A stretch of 38,174 nucleotides of DNA from an uncultured Saprospiraceae bacterium. GTDB lineage: Bacteria > Bacteroidota > Bacteroidia > Chitinophagales > Saprospiraceae. The stretch spans positions 1 through 38,174 of the forward strand of contig CALHBW010000097.1 in assembly GCA_937930625.1 (NCBI GenBank), given 5' to 3'. The notes under the pieces are model-generated. The model searched no databases, had not been told where the DNA came from, and saw only the letters and a program-made list of their open reading frames with translations. Positions 8,436-17,129 of the stretch are shown here, piece after piece (positions within the stretch are counted from its first letter, which is position 1; every line of letters starts with the position of its first letter). A program made the position numbers and the translations under genes.

Positions 8436-8705
8436 TTACCAACTTGCTTTGGTGACGCCGGGAATTTTACCTTCTAATGCCAATTTGCGGAAAGCGACAC
8501 GGCAGATGCCAAAGTCACGCATGTAACCTTTTGGACGCCCAGTGAGTCCACATCTGTTTTTGAGACGCACCGGAGAGGCGTTGCGCGGCAATTTGTCGAG
8601 TCCATCGTAGTCACCCGCAGCTTTGAGTGCAGCACGCTTTTCAGCATATTTGGCTACCATTCTTTCACGCTTTCTTTGACGTGCAATTACTGATTTTTTA
8701 GCCAT
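8436..8705 (-). CDS. rpsN: 30S ribosomal protein S14
   Basis: 89 aa, [25 protein letters not shown]...ends KASW. Confidence 0.96.
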   Translation of the reverse strand: MAKKSVIARQRKRERMVAKYAEKRAALKAAGDYDGLDKLPRNASPVRLKNRCGLTGRPKGYMRDFGICRVAFRKLALEGKIPGVTKASW

Positions 8706-8716
8706 AATTTTTTATT

Positions 8717-8795
8717 TAAATTCCAAAAAACAAATTCCAAATTTCAATTCGTTCTGCGCTCTACTTTCGTCTGGATTCTGATTATTGGTTATTTT
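8717..8795. repeat. TTCCAAA-word element (rpsN|rplE gap)
   Basis: aaattccaaaaaacaaattccaaa, about 30 nt, then a degenerate complement ctggattctgattattggttatttt. Contains the 21-nt motif at 8720-8740. Confidence 0.65.
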
Positions 8796-8801
8796 AATTT
8801 C

Positions 8802-9350
8802 TTATTTGTTTTGGTTTTGGAAGGGTAAACCCATCAATTTGAGCAATTCGAGTGCTTCGGCATCTGTTTTTGCAGTTGTGACAAAGGTGATGTCCATACC
8901 GGTGATTTTATTGATTTTATCAATATCAATCTCCGGGAATATGATTTGCTCTTTGATACCTACGGAATAGTTTCCGCGTCCATCAAAACTTTTGTCGCTG
9001 ATACCGCGAAAGTCACGTACACGAGGAAGTGCTACATTTACAAATCTGTCAAGAAATTCATACATCTGACCACCACGCAATGTAACTCGTACACCAATTG
9101 GCATTCCTTCACGCAACTTAAAGTTGGAGACAGATTTTTTGGCTTTGACAGCTACGGCTTTTTGTCCTGCAATGAGGGTCATTTCGCCGATGGCATTGTC
9201 CACCAATTTTTTATCCGAAGTCGCTTCACCTACACCTTGATTGATGCAAATTTTGGTGATTTTTGGCACCTCCATAATGGATTTATATTCAAATTTCTCC
9301 ATTAATGCAGGTACTGCTTCTTGTAAATATTTTTCTTTTAAACGTCCCAT
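8802..9350 (-). CDS. rplE: 50S ribosomal protein L5
   Basis: ORF 8802..9374 trimmed to Met9 (cat 9348-9350): [24 protein letters not shown].... The first 8 ORF codons (MNLNLNLI) translate the AAGTTC word array. Confidence 0.93.
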   Translation of the reverse strand: MGRLKEKYLQEAVPALMEKFEYKSIMEVPKITKICINQGVGEATSDKKLVDNAIGEMTLIAGQKAVAVKAKKSVSNFKLREGMPIGVRVTLRGGQMYEFLDRFVNVALPRVRDFRGISDKSFDGRGNYSVGIKEQIIFPEIDIDKINKITGMDITFVTTAKTDAEALELLKLMGLPFQNQNK

Positions 9351-9354
9351 GATT

Positions 9355-9400
9355 AAGTTCAAGTTCAAGTTCAAGAATCAAGTTCAAGAATCAAGTTCAA
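9355..9400. repeat. One-armed AAGTTC/AAGAATC tandem array (rplE|rplX gap)
   Basis: aagttcaagttcaagttcaagaatcaagttcaagaatcaagttcaa fills the whole gap. No complementary arm nearby. Confidence 0.85.
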
Positions 9401-9727
9401 TTATCGTATCGTATTTCCTGATTTTTTTGAATAACGAACGATTTTTCCATCCTCCACTCTGCGTCCTATACGGGTACCTGTGCTGCCTTCCATCAACATC
9501 AAATTAGAAATATGAATGCTTGCAGGAATATCCGTAATTTCTCCCGGTTGGTCTTGGGTCGGTTTGCGGTGTTTCTTTTTCAAATTAACGTCAGAAACAA
9601 TCGCACGGTTTTTGTCAGGAAATACTTCCAAGACTTCACCTGCATCTCCTTTGTGAACGCCCGCAATGACTACTACGGTGTCTCCTTTTTTTATTTTTAA
9701 TTTCGGTGCGAATCTTTTCTTGCTCAT
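9401..9727 (-). CDS. rplX: 50S ribosomal protein L24
   Basis: 108 aa, KLKIKKGDTVVVIAGVHKGDAGEV (KOW motif). Confidence 0.95.
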   Translation of the reverse strand: MSKKRFAPKLKIKKGDTVVVIAGVHKGDAGEVLEVFPDKNRAIVSDVNLKKKHRKPTQDQPGEITDIPASIHISNLMLMEGSTGTRIGRRVEDGKIVRYSKKSGNTIR

Positions 9728-9737
9728 TTTAAATCGT

Positions 9738-9811
9738 ATTGTTGTGTTGTTGTGTTGTCGTGTTGTCGTCTTACTAAGGACAGCAACTTTTTTAACGACT
9801 GCTCAACAATC
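9738..9811. repeat. Word array GTGTTGTT/GTGTTGTC with weak complement (rplX|rplN gap)
   Basis: attgttgtgttgttgtgttgtcgtgttgtcgtc versus ggacagcaac..acgactgctcaacaatc. Only partly complementary. Confidence 0.6.
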
Positions 9812-9818
9812 AGACATT

Positions 9819-10187
9819 TTAAAGTACTTCCGGTGCGAGCGAGACAATTTTCATAAAATCTTTGTCGCGCAACTCACGGGCTACGGGTCCGAAGATACGA
9901 GTACCACGTGGTTCTTCAGAAGCATTGAGGAGGACAACTGCATTGTCGTCAAAACGGATATATGTACCGTCTTTTCTGCGAATCTCCTTTTTGGTGCGAA
10001 CGATAACGGCTTTGGATACGGTTCCTTTTTTTATCTCACTGCCGGCAGATGCAGATTTGACCGTAACGACAATCATATCGCCAATGGAAGCATATCTGCG
10101 CTTTGAGCCTCCCAACACGCGGATGCAGAGTACTTCTTTTGCTCCGCTATTGTCAGCGGCTTTTAGCCTTGATTCTTGCTGTATCAT
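9819..10187 (-). CDS. rplN: 50S ribosomal protein L14
   Basis: 122 aa, [27 protein letters not shown].... Confidence 0.97.
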   Translation of the reverse strand: MIQQESRLKAADNSGAKEVLCIRVLGGSKRRYASIGDMIVVTVKSASAGSEIKKGTVSKAVIVRTKKEIRRKDGTYIRFDDNAVVLLNASEEPRGTRIFGPVARELRDKDFMKIVSLAPEVL

Positions 10188-10200
10188 TTTATTTTCTCTA

Positions 10201-10307
10201 GAATGAGTAAATGAGTAAATGAGTAAATGAATAAATGAGTAGATAAATTAAGGTTGAATATTGACAAACTGCATTTACTCATTTTGTCATCTATTCATTT
10301 ACTCATT
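10201..10307. repeat. Word-palindrome, AAATGAGT words (rplN|rpsQ gap)
   Basis: gaatgagtaaatgagtaaatgagtaaatgaataaatgagtagataaat versus catttactcattttgtcatctattcatttactcatt. Confidence 0.85.
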
Positions 10308-10308
10308 T

Positions 10309-10578
10309 TTATTTAGCTCTTTCTATTATTTCTACTAATTTCCAACGCTTTTTCTTGCTCAATGGGCGAGACTCGACGATTTTCACTTTGTCGCCAATGC
10401 CACATGAGTTTTCTTCGTCGTGCGCTGTGAATTTTTTGGATTTCTTAACGAACTTACCATACATCGGGTGCTGGAGGCGACGCTCTACTTTTACAGTAAT
10501 CGTCTTGTCCATTTTATCGCTGGTTACGACTCCGACTCTTTCTTTTTTTAAGCCCTGCTTTTGCTGCTGTTCTGACAT
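10309..10578 (-). CDS. rpsQ: 30S ribosomal protein S17
   Basis: 89 aa, ...[30 protein letters not shown].... Confidence 0.96.
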   Translation of the reverse strand: MSEQQQKQGLKKERVGVVTSDKMDKTITVKVERRLQHPMYGKFVKKSKKFTAHDEENSCGIGDKVKIVESRPLSKKKRWKLVEIIERAK

Positions 10579-10586
10579 TTTTTATC

Positions 10587-10700
10587 AGTTTATTGAGTTT
10601 ATTGGGTTTATTGAGTTTGTTAAGTTATTAGAATGATTTTTTACAAAAAAAACCTGATTTACTCTTTATTAACTTAATGAACTCAATAAACGAATAAACT
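10587..10700. repeat. Word-palindrome, GTTTATTGAG words (rpsQ|rpmC gap)
   Basis: Left arm cagtttattgagtttattgggtttattgagtttgttaagttattag; core gattttttacaaaaaaaacc; right arm ctttattaacttaatgaactcaataaacgaataaact, which reaches the rpmC stop. Confidence 0.85.
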
Positions 10701-10962
10701 ATTTACTAAGTCTGCGACGAGCGCGAATTTTAGTTCTTTTAGCGAGTTGCTCCGGCGTCATTGCCGCGAGTTCGCGAGCGCGAACTTCGGTTCTGAGTCG
10801 GGCAATATCTCTTCTCAAATCTTTGATTTTCAAAGGATTTTCAAGTCCTGTTACAGAATTTTGAATTTTCATTCGATGCAATTCTGTTTCTGCCGCGAAA
10901 ATTTCATCGCGTAAGGCGTCATCTTCAAGACCTTTTATGCTGGTATATTTCTCCGATGCCAT
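10699..10962 (-). CDS. rpmC: 50S ribosomal protein L29 (with basic C-terminal extension)
   Basis: 87 aa, ...LRDEIFAAETELHRMKIQNSVTGLENPLKIKDLRRDIARLRTE.... Sits between rplP and rpsQ. Confidence 0.92.
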   Translation of the reverse strand: MASEKYTSIKGLEDDALRDEIFAAETELHRMKIQNSVTGLENPLKIKDLRRDIARLRTEVRARELAAMTPEQLAKRTKIRARRRLSK

Positions 10963-10970
10963 ATTGCGTT

Positions 10971-11042
10971 AGTTACGGGTTGCGGGTTACGGGTTACGGG
11001 TTATTTTCTTACAACCATTAACCATTAACCGTTAACCATTAT
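10971..11042. repeat. Heptamer arrays GGGTTAC versus TAACCAT (rpmC|rplP gap)
   Basis: gttacgggttgcgggttacgggttacgggtta, 9 nt, then taaccattaaccattaaccgttaaccatta. Only the GGTTA/TAACC core of each 7-mer is complementary. Confidence 0.75.
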
Positions 11043-11044
11043 TT

Positions 11045-11464
11045 TTACTCTGAGTAGTCTCTGCGAACTACAACTTTTGTTAGTACAGGCAGTTTTTGTG
11101 CTGCGAGGCGAAGTGCTTCGTTAGCAACTTTTCTCGGTACACCTTCAATCTCGAACATGATACGTCCGGGTTTGACAACAGCTACATAGTGGTCGAGTGC
11201 TCCTTTACCTTTACCCATACGTACTTCGGCGGGTTTGCTGGTAATCGGCTTGTCGGGAAAAATACGAATCCAGACCTGACCTTCCCTTTTCATATAACGA
11301 GTCATCGCAACACGCGCAGATTCTATTTGGCGGTTGGTAATTCGCCCTGCGTCGAGTGTTTTCAGTCCAAACGTGCCGAAAGCTAATGTAGCTCCGCGTT
11401 GCGCGTTGCCGCGTACACGTCCTTTCTGCATTTTACGATATTTCGTTCTCTTTGGCTGTAACAT
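11045..11464 (-). CDS. rplP: 50S ribosomal protein L16
   Basis: 139 aa, [16 protein letters not shown].... Confidence 0.97.
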   Translation of the reverse strand: MLQPKRTKYRKMQKGRVRGNAQRGATLAFGTFGLKTLDAGRITNRQIESARVAMTRYMKREGQVWIRIFPDKPITSKPAEVRMGKGKGALDHYVAVVKPGRIMFEIEGVPRKVANEALRLAAQKLPVLTKVVVRRDYSE

Positions 11465-11553
11465 TTTCTATAAATTTGTTGTCGTTCTATTGCCCCAAAT
11501 CTCAAACGGGGTGCGAAGGTACGACTAATCTGTCAAATATTGAAATTTTCTGA

Positions 11554-11660
11554 TGTTGTATGTTCGATTGCTGTATTGTTTGATGGTTCGATTGCTATAT
11601 AAAATTTTGCTTTGCAAAATTTCAATATAACAATGAAGCCATTCAACAATATAACAATGA
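11554..11660. repeat. Word-palindrome, GGTTCGATTG/TTGTTTGA words with TTTGCTTTGCAAA core (rplP|rpsC gap)
   Basis: Left arm gttgtatgttcgattgctgtattgtttgatggttcgattgctatat; core 11606-11618; right arm aatataacaatgaagccattcaacaatataacaatgag. Confidence 0.85.
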
Positions 11661-11663
11661 GTC

Positions 11664-12449
11664 CTATCTTCTATCTCTTCCGCCACCGCCACCTCTGTTG
11701 CCGCCGCGTCCTCTACCTCCACGTCCTCTGTCACGTCCGCCGCCGCGTCTGTCACGTCCGCCGCCTCTGCCGCCACGTCCGCCTTGCTCTTTCTTGACGC
11801 CTACATTTGGTGAAAGGTCGCGCTTGCCGAATACTTCTCCTTTGCAAATCCAGACTTTGACACCGATTTTTCCATAGATGGTTTGTGCTTCGCAAAGTGC
11901 GTAGTCAATATCCGCACGGAAAGTGTGCAGTGGTGTACGTCCATCTTTAAACTCTTCCGAACGTGCCATCTCCGCACCATTCAAACGTCCCGAAATACGT
12001 ACTTTGATGCCTTCTGCACCGGCACGCATGGTAGATTGAATAGACATTTTGGTCGCACGGCGATAGTTGATACGTGCTTCGAGTTGCTTTGCAATTTGCT
12101 CGGCTACGATAGCAGCATCCATTTCCGGTTTGCGAATCTCTACGATATTGATTTGTACATCTGTACCGGTCAATCGCTTGATTTCCTCGCGGATTCTATC
12201 TACTTCCTGACCACCTTTACCAATGATGATACCCGGACGTGATGTATGAATCGTAACGGTGATACGTTTGAGTGTACGCTCTATGATGATACGAGCAATA
12301 CCGCCTTTGCTGATTCTGGCTTTGAGATATTCACGGATTCTTTGGTCTTCTACGACCTTTTTTCCCATGTCTTTTCCACCAAACCAACTAGATTCCCAAC
12401 CTCTGATGATGCCAAGTCGATTGCCTATCGGATTTGTTTTCTGACCCAT
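11664..12449 (-). CDS. rpsC: 30S ribosomal protein S3 with a ~40-aa C-terminal RGG/RDR-rich tail
   Basis: 261 aa, [23 protein letters not shown]..., KH domain. Tail is [39 protein letters not shown]. Confidence 0.96.
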   Translation of the reverse strand: MGQKTNPIGNRLGIIRGWESSWFGGKDMGKKVVEDQRIREYLKARISKGGIARIIIERTLKRITVTIHTSRPGIIIGKGGQEVDRIREEIKRLTGTDVQINIVEIRKPEMDAAIVAEQIAKQLEARINYRRATKMSIQSTMRAGAEGIKVRISGRLNGAEMARSEEFKDGRTPLHTFRADIDYALCEAQTIYGKIGVKVWICKGEVFGKRDLSPNVGVKKEQGGRGGRGGGRDRRGGGRDRGRGGRGRGGNRGGGGGRDRR

Positions 12450-12452
12450 TTT

Positions 12453-12593
12453 ATTAGTTTATCAGTTTATTAAGTTAATTAGGTGTGTAGTGATATGATT
12501 TAAAGAATGAATTTTGAATATTCTACCTGCGCTATTATCAATTCACTTATTATTCAAAATTATTAATCACTAATCACCAATCACTAATTACTG
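12453..12593. repeat. Composite word element (rpsC|rplV gap)
   Basis: Left part attagtttatcagtttattaagttaattaggtgtgtagtgat..gaatgaattttgaata; right part attcacttattattcaaaattattaatcactaatcaccaatcactaatt. Confidence 0.65.
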
Positions 12594-12595
12594 TT

Positions 12596-13000
12596 TTACC
12601 CTTCTGTTTCTACAATTTCTTCATCAACGCCTTCTTGCTCTTCTTCGCCCGGCAGATAGACTCTGTTGTCCACGACGAGTTTGACGTGGCAAGTGTGCTT
12701 ACGGATGCGGTGTGCGCGACCGAATGGCACGGGGCGAATTCGCTTGAGTTGAGGACCTTGATTGACGAGAATTTCGCTAATATACAATTCATACTCATCC
12801 GGATCTTGACCGGAAGTTTTTTGCTCCCAGTTGTCAATCGCAGAAAGTAATAATTTCTCTAACCACGTTGCGGCTTCTTTGCGAGTGAATTTCAAAATAT
12901 CCAATGCCGCATCCGCGTCTTTTCCTCTTATGATGTCTGCCACTAATCGCATTTTACGCGCCGACATTGGGCAGTTACTAAGTTTAGCTCTTGCTAACAT
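12596..13000 (-). CDS. rplV: 50S ribosomal protein L22 (acidic C-terminal tail)
   Basis: 134 aa, ...MSARKMRLVADIIRGKDADAALDILKF...; C-terminus EEEQEGVDEEIVETEG. Confidence 0.95.
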   Translation of the reverse strand: MLARAKLSNCPMSARKMRLVADIIRGKDADAALDILKFTRKEAATWLEKLLLSAIDNWEQKTSGQDPDEYELYISEILVNQGPQLKRIRPVPFGRAHRIRKHTCHVKLVVDNRVYLPGEEEQEGVDEEIVETEG

Positions 13001-13003
13001 GAT

Positions 13004-13076
13004 AAGTTCAAGTTCAAGTTCAAGTTCAAGTTCAAATTAGTTTTGATGAAAATTTAAACTTGTTATCAGAACTTAG
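13004..13076. repeat. AAGTTC hexamer array with short partial complement (rplV|rpsS gap)
   Basis: (aagttc)x5 at 13004-13036. Partial complement tttaaacttgttatcagaacttag. Confidence 0.75.
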
Positions 13077-13148
13077 TTAATAATTGATTTGAAATGAATA
13101 GTGAGTGAAAAAACACTCAATTATGCACTCTCAATTTTCAATTAAAAA

Positions 13149-13421
13149 TTATTTCTTCTTATTACCTGCGTGACCTCTGAAGTTGCGGGTCGGTGAAAAT
13201 TCACCCAATTTGTGACCCACCATATTTTCAGTAACGAAGACAGGCACGAAGGTTTTTCCATTATGCACGGCAATAGTTTCTCCCACCATTGTCGGTATAA
13301 TCATGGATGAACGCGACCACGTTTTGATAACGCTTTTGCGCTTCGTATTTTCTTTCGCTTTTTCTAATTTGACCAATAGTTTGTGATAAACGTATGGTCC
13401 TTTCTTTAATGAACGAGGCAT
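13149..13421 (-). CDS. rpsS: 30S ribosomal protein S19
   Basis: 90 aa, [16 protein letters not shown]...[23 protein letters not shown]. Confidence 0.97.
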   Translation of the reverse strand: MPRSLKKGPYVYHKLLVKLEKAKENTKRKSVIKTWSRSSMIIPTMVGETIAVHNGKTFVPVFVTENMVGHKLGEFSPTRNFRGHAGNKKK

Positions 13422-13435
13422 ACTGTATTAATTTT

Positions 13436-13537
13436 GAATGAGTGAATTTTGAATGAGTGAATTATTTTTGATTCAGCGATTTTAGATTTTTGATTGTTCA
13501 ATCAAAAATCACTAAATCTAAAATCACACAATCTCTC
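13436..13537. repeat. Composite element GAATGAGTGAAT...TTTTTGATT-GTTC-AATCAAAAA...ATCACAC (rpsS|rplB gap)
   Basis: Paralogue of 8136..8260. Inner stem gattttagattt..ttgattg / caatcaa..aaatctaaaatc. Confidence 0.85.
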
Positions 13538-13538
13538 A

Positions 13539-14372
13539 TTACTTCTTCTTCGCGTTTCTTCTACTGATAATCAATTTATTCGATGGTTTTTTCGGATTGC
13601 GCGTTTTCTGACCTTTTGCCATGACGCCTGTGCGCGAGCGTGGGTGTCCACCTGATGCGCGACCTTCACCACCACCCATTGGGTGATCGACAGGGTTCAT
13701 GGCTACACCACGTACTCTTGGTCTGCGTCCTTTCCAACGGTTGCGACCAGCTTTACCCATGATTTCGAGTGAGTGGTCAACGTTGGATACGCGTCCAATC
13801 GTGGCTCTGCATGTCAAAAGGATTCTGCGGGTTTCGCCTGATGGCAATTTCAAGATGGCGTATTTGCCTTCACGTCCTTGCAATTCTGCGTAAGTTCCTG
13901 CACTTCTTGCCATTGCCGCGCCTTTGCCCGGCTGCATTTCTACTGCGTGAATGGACGAACCGAGTGGAATGTCACTCAAAAACATGGTGTGTCCTGTTTC
14001 AGGCAATGCGTGTTTTCCGGAGCGTACTGCGTCACCGACTTTGATTCCGTCGGGTGCGAGCATATATTTCTTTTCACCGTCTTCATATTGCAAAAGCGCG
14101 ATGAATGCCGAGCGGTTCGGGTCGTACTCAATGGTCAAGACCTTTGCTGACATATCATCTTTGTTGCGTTTGAAGTCGATGATACGGTATTTGCGTTTGT
14201 GTCCGCCACCTCTGTTGCGAACGGTCATACGTCCTTGTGAGTTACGCCCACCGGATTTCTTGATTCCTACGGTAAGGCTTTTTTCCGGTTTGTTCGTCGT
14301 GATTTCCTCGTATGTATTGGAAACACGGTGACGAAGTCCCGGTGTCATTGGTCTATACTTTTTGACTGGCAT
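13539..14372 (-). CDS. rplB: 50S ribosomal protein L2
   Basis: 277 aa, [15 protein letters not shown]...[16 protein letters not shown]. Confidence 0.97.
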   Translation of the reverse strand: MPVKKYRPMTPGLRHRVSNTYEEITTNKPEKSLTVGIKKSGGRNSQGRMTVRNRGGGHKRKYRIIDFKRNKDDMSAKVLTIEYDPNRSAFIALLQYEDGEKKYMLAPDGIKVGDAVRSGKHALPETGHTMFLSDIPLGSSIHAVEMQPGKGAAMARSAGTYAELQGREGKYAILKLPSGETRRILLTCRATIGRVSNVDHSLEIMGKAGRNRWKGRRPRVRGVAMNPVDHPMGGGEGRASGGHPRSRTGVMAKGQKTRNPKKPSNKLIISRRNAKKK

Positions 14373-14397
14373 TGTTCTTTATTTTTGAGAAATGTGG

Positions 14398-14532
14398 ACT
14401 TTCATTGTTACATGGTTTCATGGTTGTATTGTTTCATTGTTTTTTTTATTATTTATGAATTTTGCAAAGCAAAATTTAATAACTATATGAACATAAAAAC
14501 AATAAAGCAATCGAGCAATGAAACAATGAAAC
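14398..14532. repeat. Word-palindrome, TGGTTTCA words with TTTGCAAAGCAAA core (rplB|rplW gap)
   Basis: Left arm ctttcattgttacatggtttcatggttgtattgtttcattg; core 14461-14473; right arm caataaagcaatcgagcaatgaaacaatgaaacc. Confidence 0.85.
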
Positions 14533-14679
14533 CTGCTTACGGTATCGCCTTTTGCGATTACTCAATGCCTTGTAAGCAGTTCCAACCTTCTCTGATTTTC
14601 AAATTGTACCGACGATTTTAATGCCGAGTTGTACACTTTTATATATTTACATGGCGATTGAAATCGCCTGTACAGCTTC

Positions 14680-14973
14680 TTATAATTCACCGTAGATGTC
14701 GAGTTCTTCGCCATCCGGTATCATAACGATTGCTTTTTTGTAGGAAGCCTTGCGACCTTTGATGACACCGCTGCGGGTCATACGGTTTTTGGTTCTTGCA
14801 GGCATGATCATGGTGTTGACAGATACAACGGGTACACCATACATTTCTTCAATTGCCTTCTTGATTTCAATCTTGTTCGCCTTTTTATGCACGATAAATG
14901 TGTGACGATTCATTGTCTCTGACAATTTTTCCGTCTTTTCCGTGATGTGTGGCTTTATGATGATATTTTTCAT
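14680..14973 (-). CDS. rplW: 50S ribosomal protein L23
   Basis: 97 aa, ...IIKPHITEKTEKLSE...HTFIVHKKANKIEIKKAIEEMYGV. Confidence 0.95.
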   Translation of the reverse strand: MKNIIIKPHITEKTEKLSETMNRHTFIVHKKANKIEIKKAIEEMYGVPVVSVNTMIMPARTKNRMTRSGVIKGRKASYKKAIVMIPDGEELDIYGEL

Positions 14974-14986
14974 AACGTATATTTCC

Positions 14987-15014
14987 GTATAGATGCGATT
15001 AATCGCGTCTCTAC
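14987..15014. repeat. 28-nt near-palindrome (rplW|rplD gap)
   Basis: gtatagatgcgatt|aatcgcgtctctac, 12/14 complementary. A related ggcgat-tgaa-atcgcc lies at 14653-14668. Confidence 0.7.
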
Positions 15015-15023
15015 CGTATGATT

Positions 15024-15656
15024 TTATGACAGCGTTTCAGTTATTTTTTCGATAGCACCTTCCGAAAGGATGAGGCATTTATTATTAAGAATATCGTAAG
15101 TACTAAGGTCGCTGGCTAATTTGACATTTGCTTTGGGAATATTGCGACTGGAGAGGTAAACGTTGTCGTCGTTTTCGCTGAGTACCAGAAGTGTTCTCTT
15201 GCCTGTCAACTCAAGGCTGTTGAGTATGTCGGCGTACTGGCGTGTGCTTGGTGCGTCGAAGGTAAAATCTTCTAATACGAGGATTTCTTCGTTTTGTGCT
15301 TTGCCGGAAAGGGCAGATTTACGCGCCAATGCTTTGACTTTTCTATTGAGTTTTTGGTTGTATGTGCGTGGTCTGGGTCCAAATATACGTCCACCACCTC
15401 TGAATATCGGGCTTTTGATACTACCTGCACGAGCTGTACCTGTTCCTTTCTGACGCTTTATTTTTTTGGTCGAACCTGTAATTTCGCCACGCTCTTTTGC
15501 TTTGTGCGTACCCTGACGCTGATTGGCTAAATATTGTTTGACGGCGAGATATACCACATGCTCATTCGGCTCAATACCAAATATCTCATCAGGCAAATTT
15601 GCTTGTTTACCTGTACTTTCGCCGTTTATATTTTTAATATCTAATTGCATAACCAA
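15024..15656 (-). CDS. rplD: 50S ribosomal protein L4
   Basis: 210 aa, ...QRQGTHKAKERGEITGSTKKIKRQKGTGTARAGSIKSPIFRGGG.... The start could be Met1 or Met3. Confidence 0.95.
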   Translation of the reverse strand: MVMQLDIKNINGESTGKQANLPDEIFGIEPNEHVVYLAVKQYLANQRQGTHKAKERGEITGSTKKIKRQKGTGTARAGSIKSPIFRGGGRIFGPRPRTYNQKLNRKVKALARKSALSGKAQNEEILVLEDFTFDAPSTRQYADILNSLELTGKRTLLVLSENDDNVYLSSRNIPKANVKLASDLSTYDILNNKCLILSEGAIEKITETLS

Positions 15657-15659
15657 GTT

Positions 15660-15719
15660 GTAAGTTTAAGTTTAAGTTTAAGTTTAAGTTTAAGTCTAAA
15701 AATAAAACTTGACTTAAAT
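15660..15719. repeat. AGTTTA hexamer array with short complement (rplD|rplC gap)
   Basis: gtaagtttaagtttaagtttaagtttaagtttaagtctaaa, then aaacttgacttaaat. The arms are strongly asymmetric. Confidence 0.8.
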
Positions 15720-15824
15720 CCATTTTGGAAATAACAAGCGTTTTGAAATCGGTTGTTATTTAGCTTTCTTTTTGAATCTGATGAATGTCGATAAAACGAA
15801 TTACGAATTAACGAATCGCGATTT

Positions 15825-16454
15825 TTATTTTTCAACAATGACGTAACCGCCTTTGTGTCCGGGTACTGCGCCACTAATGAGTATCAGGTTTTTTTCCGGG
15901 TAAATTTTTAAAATTCGGAGGTTTTGAGTTTTTACGCGCTTGCCGCCCATGCGTCCTGCCATTCGCATACCTTTGAATACTCGTGCAGGGTAAGATGCTG
16001 CACCAATAGAACCCGGCGCACGCAATCTGTTGTGCTGACCGTGTGTAGCATCACCAACGCCTCGGAATTTGTGACGCTTGACAACCCCCTGAAAGCCTTT
16101 ACCTTTAGATTTGCCGACAACACTGACTACGTCACCTTCTGCAAATACATCTTCTACGGTAATGGTATCGCCTAATGATTTTTCAATTTCAAAATCGCGA
16201 AACTCTACAACTTCACGCTTGGGTGTAGTACCTGCTTTGGCGAAGTGTCCTTTCAATGGTTTAGTAGTGGCATTTCTACCTTCTACTTTTGCTTCGTCAA
16301 ACCCTAATTGAAGGGCGTTGTACTTGTCTGTATCTTCTGTCTTCACTTGCGTAACTACACAAGGTCCGGCTTCTACGACTGTACAAGCGATATTTTTTCC
16401 GTCTTCGGTATGAATACTGGTCATACCTATCTTTTTACCGATAAGACCTTCCAT
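15825..16454 (-). CDS. rplC: 50S ribosomal protein L3
   Basis: 209 aa, [20 protein letters not shown]...[11 protein letters not shown]. Confidence 0.97.
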   Translation of the reverse strand: MEGLIGKKIGMTSIHTEDGKNIACTVVEAGPCVVTQVKTEDTDKYNALQLGFDEAKVEGRNATTKPLKGHFAKAGTTPKREVVEFRDFEIEKSLGDTITVEDVFAEGDVVSVVGKSKGKGFQGVVKRHKFRGVGDATHGQHNRLRAPGSIGAASYPARVFKGMRMAGRMGGKRVKTQNLRILKIYPEKNLILISGAVPGHKGGYVIVEK

Positions 16455-16457
16455 ATA

Positions 16458-16588
16458 AGTTTATTGAGTCAATAGTTTATTGAGTTTATTAGGTTTATTG
16501 AGTTTATAAAGTTATTAGGTGTGAATTATTTTCCTAATGAACTCTATCAACTAAATGAACTTAGTAAACTAAATAAGCTGATAACTAA
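16458..16588. repeat. Word-palindrome, GTTTATTGAG words (rplC|rpsJ gap)
   Basis: agtttattgagtcaatagtttattgagtttattaggtttattgagtttataaagttattagg versus cctaatgaactctatcaactaaatgaacttagtaaactaaataagctgataacta. Confidence 0.85.
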
Positions 16589-16702
16589 TTTTTTGAATAA
16601 ATGCGTAGCCGTTAAGCCTTTTAATTCGCATTAAAAGGCAACTAAAGTGTACCGTCGTAACTTTTGAACTACTTCGATACCAATTCCGACTTAGTAATTT
16701 TG

Positions 16703-16732
16703 AATGAGTGTCCCGATAGCTATCGGGATGAA
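16703..16732. repeat. 30-nt repeat containing the 18-bp perfect palindrome TCCCGATAGCTATCGGGA (copy 1)
   Basis: aatgagtgtcccgatagctatcgggatgaa is identical to 20966..20995. Confidence 0.9.
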
Positions 16733-16768
16733 ATTTACTTATTCATCTTACTTATCCACAGGGAAAGA

Positions 16769-17077
16769 TTACGTCAATTTCACTTGGATGTCAACACCAC
16801 TTGGCAATTCCAGCTTGGAGAGTGCATCTACGGTTTTGGGCGTAGGCGTGTAAATCTCTATCAAGCGTTTGTGTGTACACAATTGGAACTGCTCGCGCGA
16901 CTTTTTATTGACGTGAGGAGACCGTAGTACGGTGTAAATCTTTTTCTCTGTGGGCAGCGGAATCGGTCCTGCCACTACAGCACCGCTGTTGCGGACAGTT
17001 TTGATAATCTTTTCCGTTGATTTGTCCACTAAATTGTGGTCATAAGAACGGAGTTTAATTCTAATCTTTTGATTCAT
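16769..17077 (-). CDS. rpsJ: 30S ribosomal protein S10
   Basis: 102 aa, [20 protein letters not shown]...[14 protein letters not shown]. Confidence 0.97.
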   Translation of the reverse strand: MNQKIRIKLRSYDHNLVDKSTEKIIKTVRNSGAVVAGPIPLPTEKKIYTVLRSPHVNKKSREQFQLCTHKRLIEIYTPTPKTVDALSKLELPSGVDIQVKLT

Positions 17078-17084
17078 AACCCCA

Positions 17085-17129
17085 GTTAAGTTTAAGTTTA
17101 GACTTAATTCGTAAACTTATACTTAGTTT
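17085..17129. repeat. Short AGTTTA-word hairpin in the rpsJ 5' leader
   Basis: gttaagtttaagtttagactta / taaacttatacttagttt. Followed by the hairpin gcgga-ctat-tccgc at 17138-17151. Confidence 0.65.

Noticed and set aside
9355-9400. Tandem word arrays as possible CRISPR arrays.
   Set aside because: Periods are 6-16 nt with no unique spacers between repeats. The arrays are under 120 bp and no cas genes are present.
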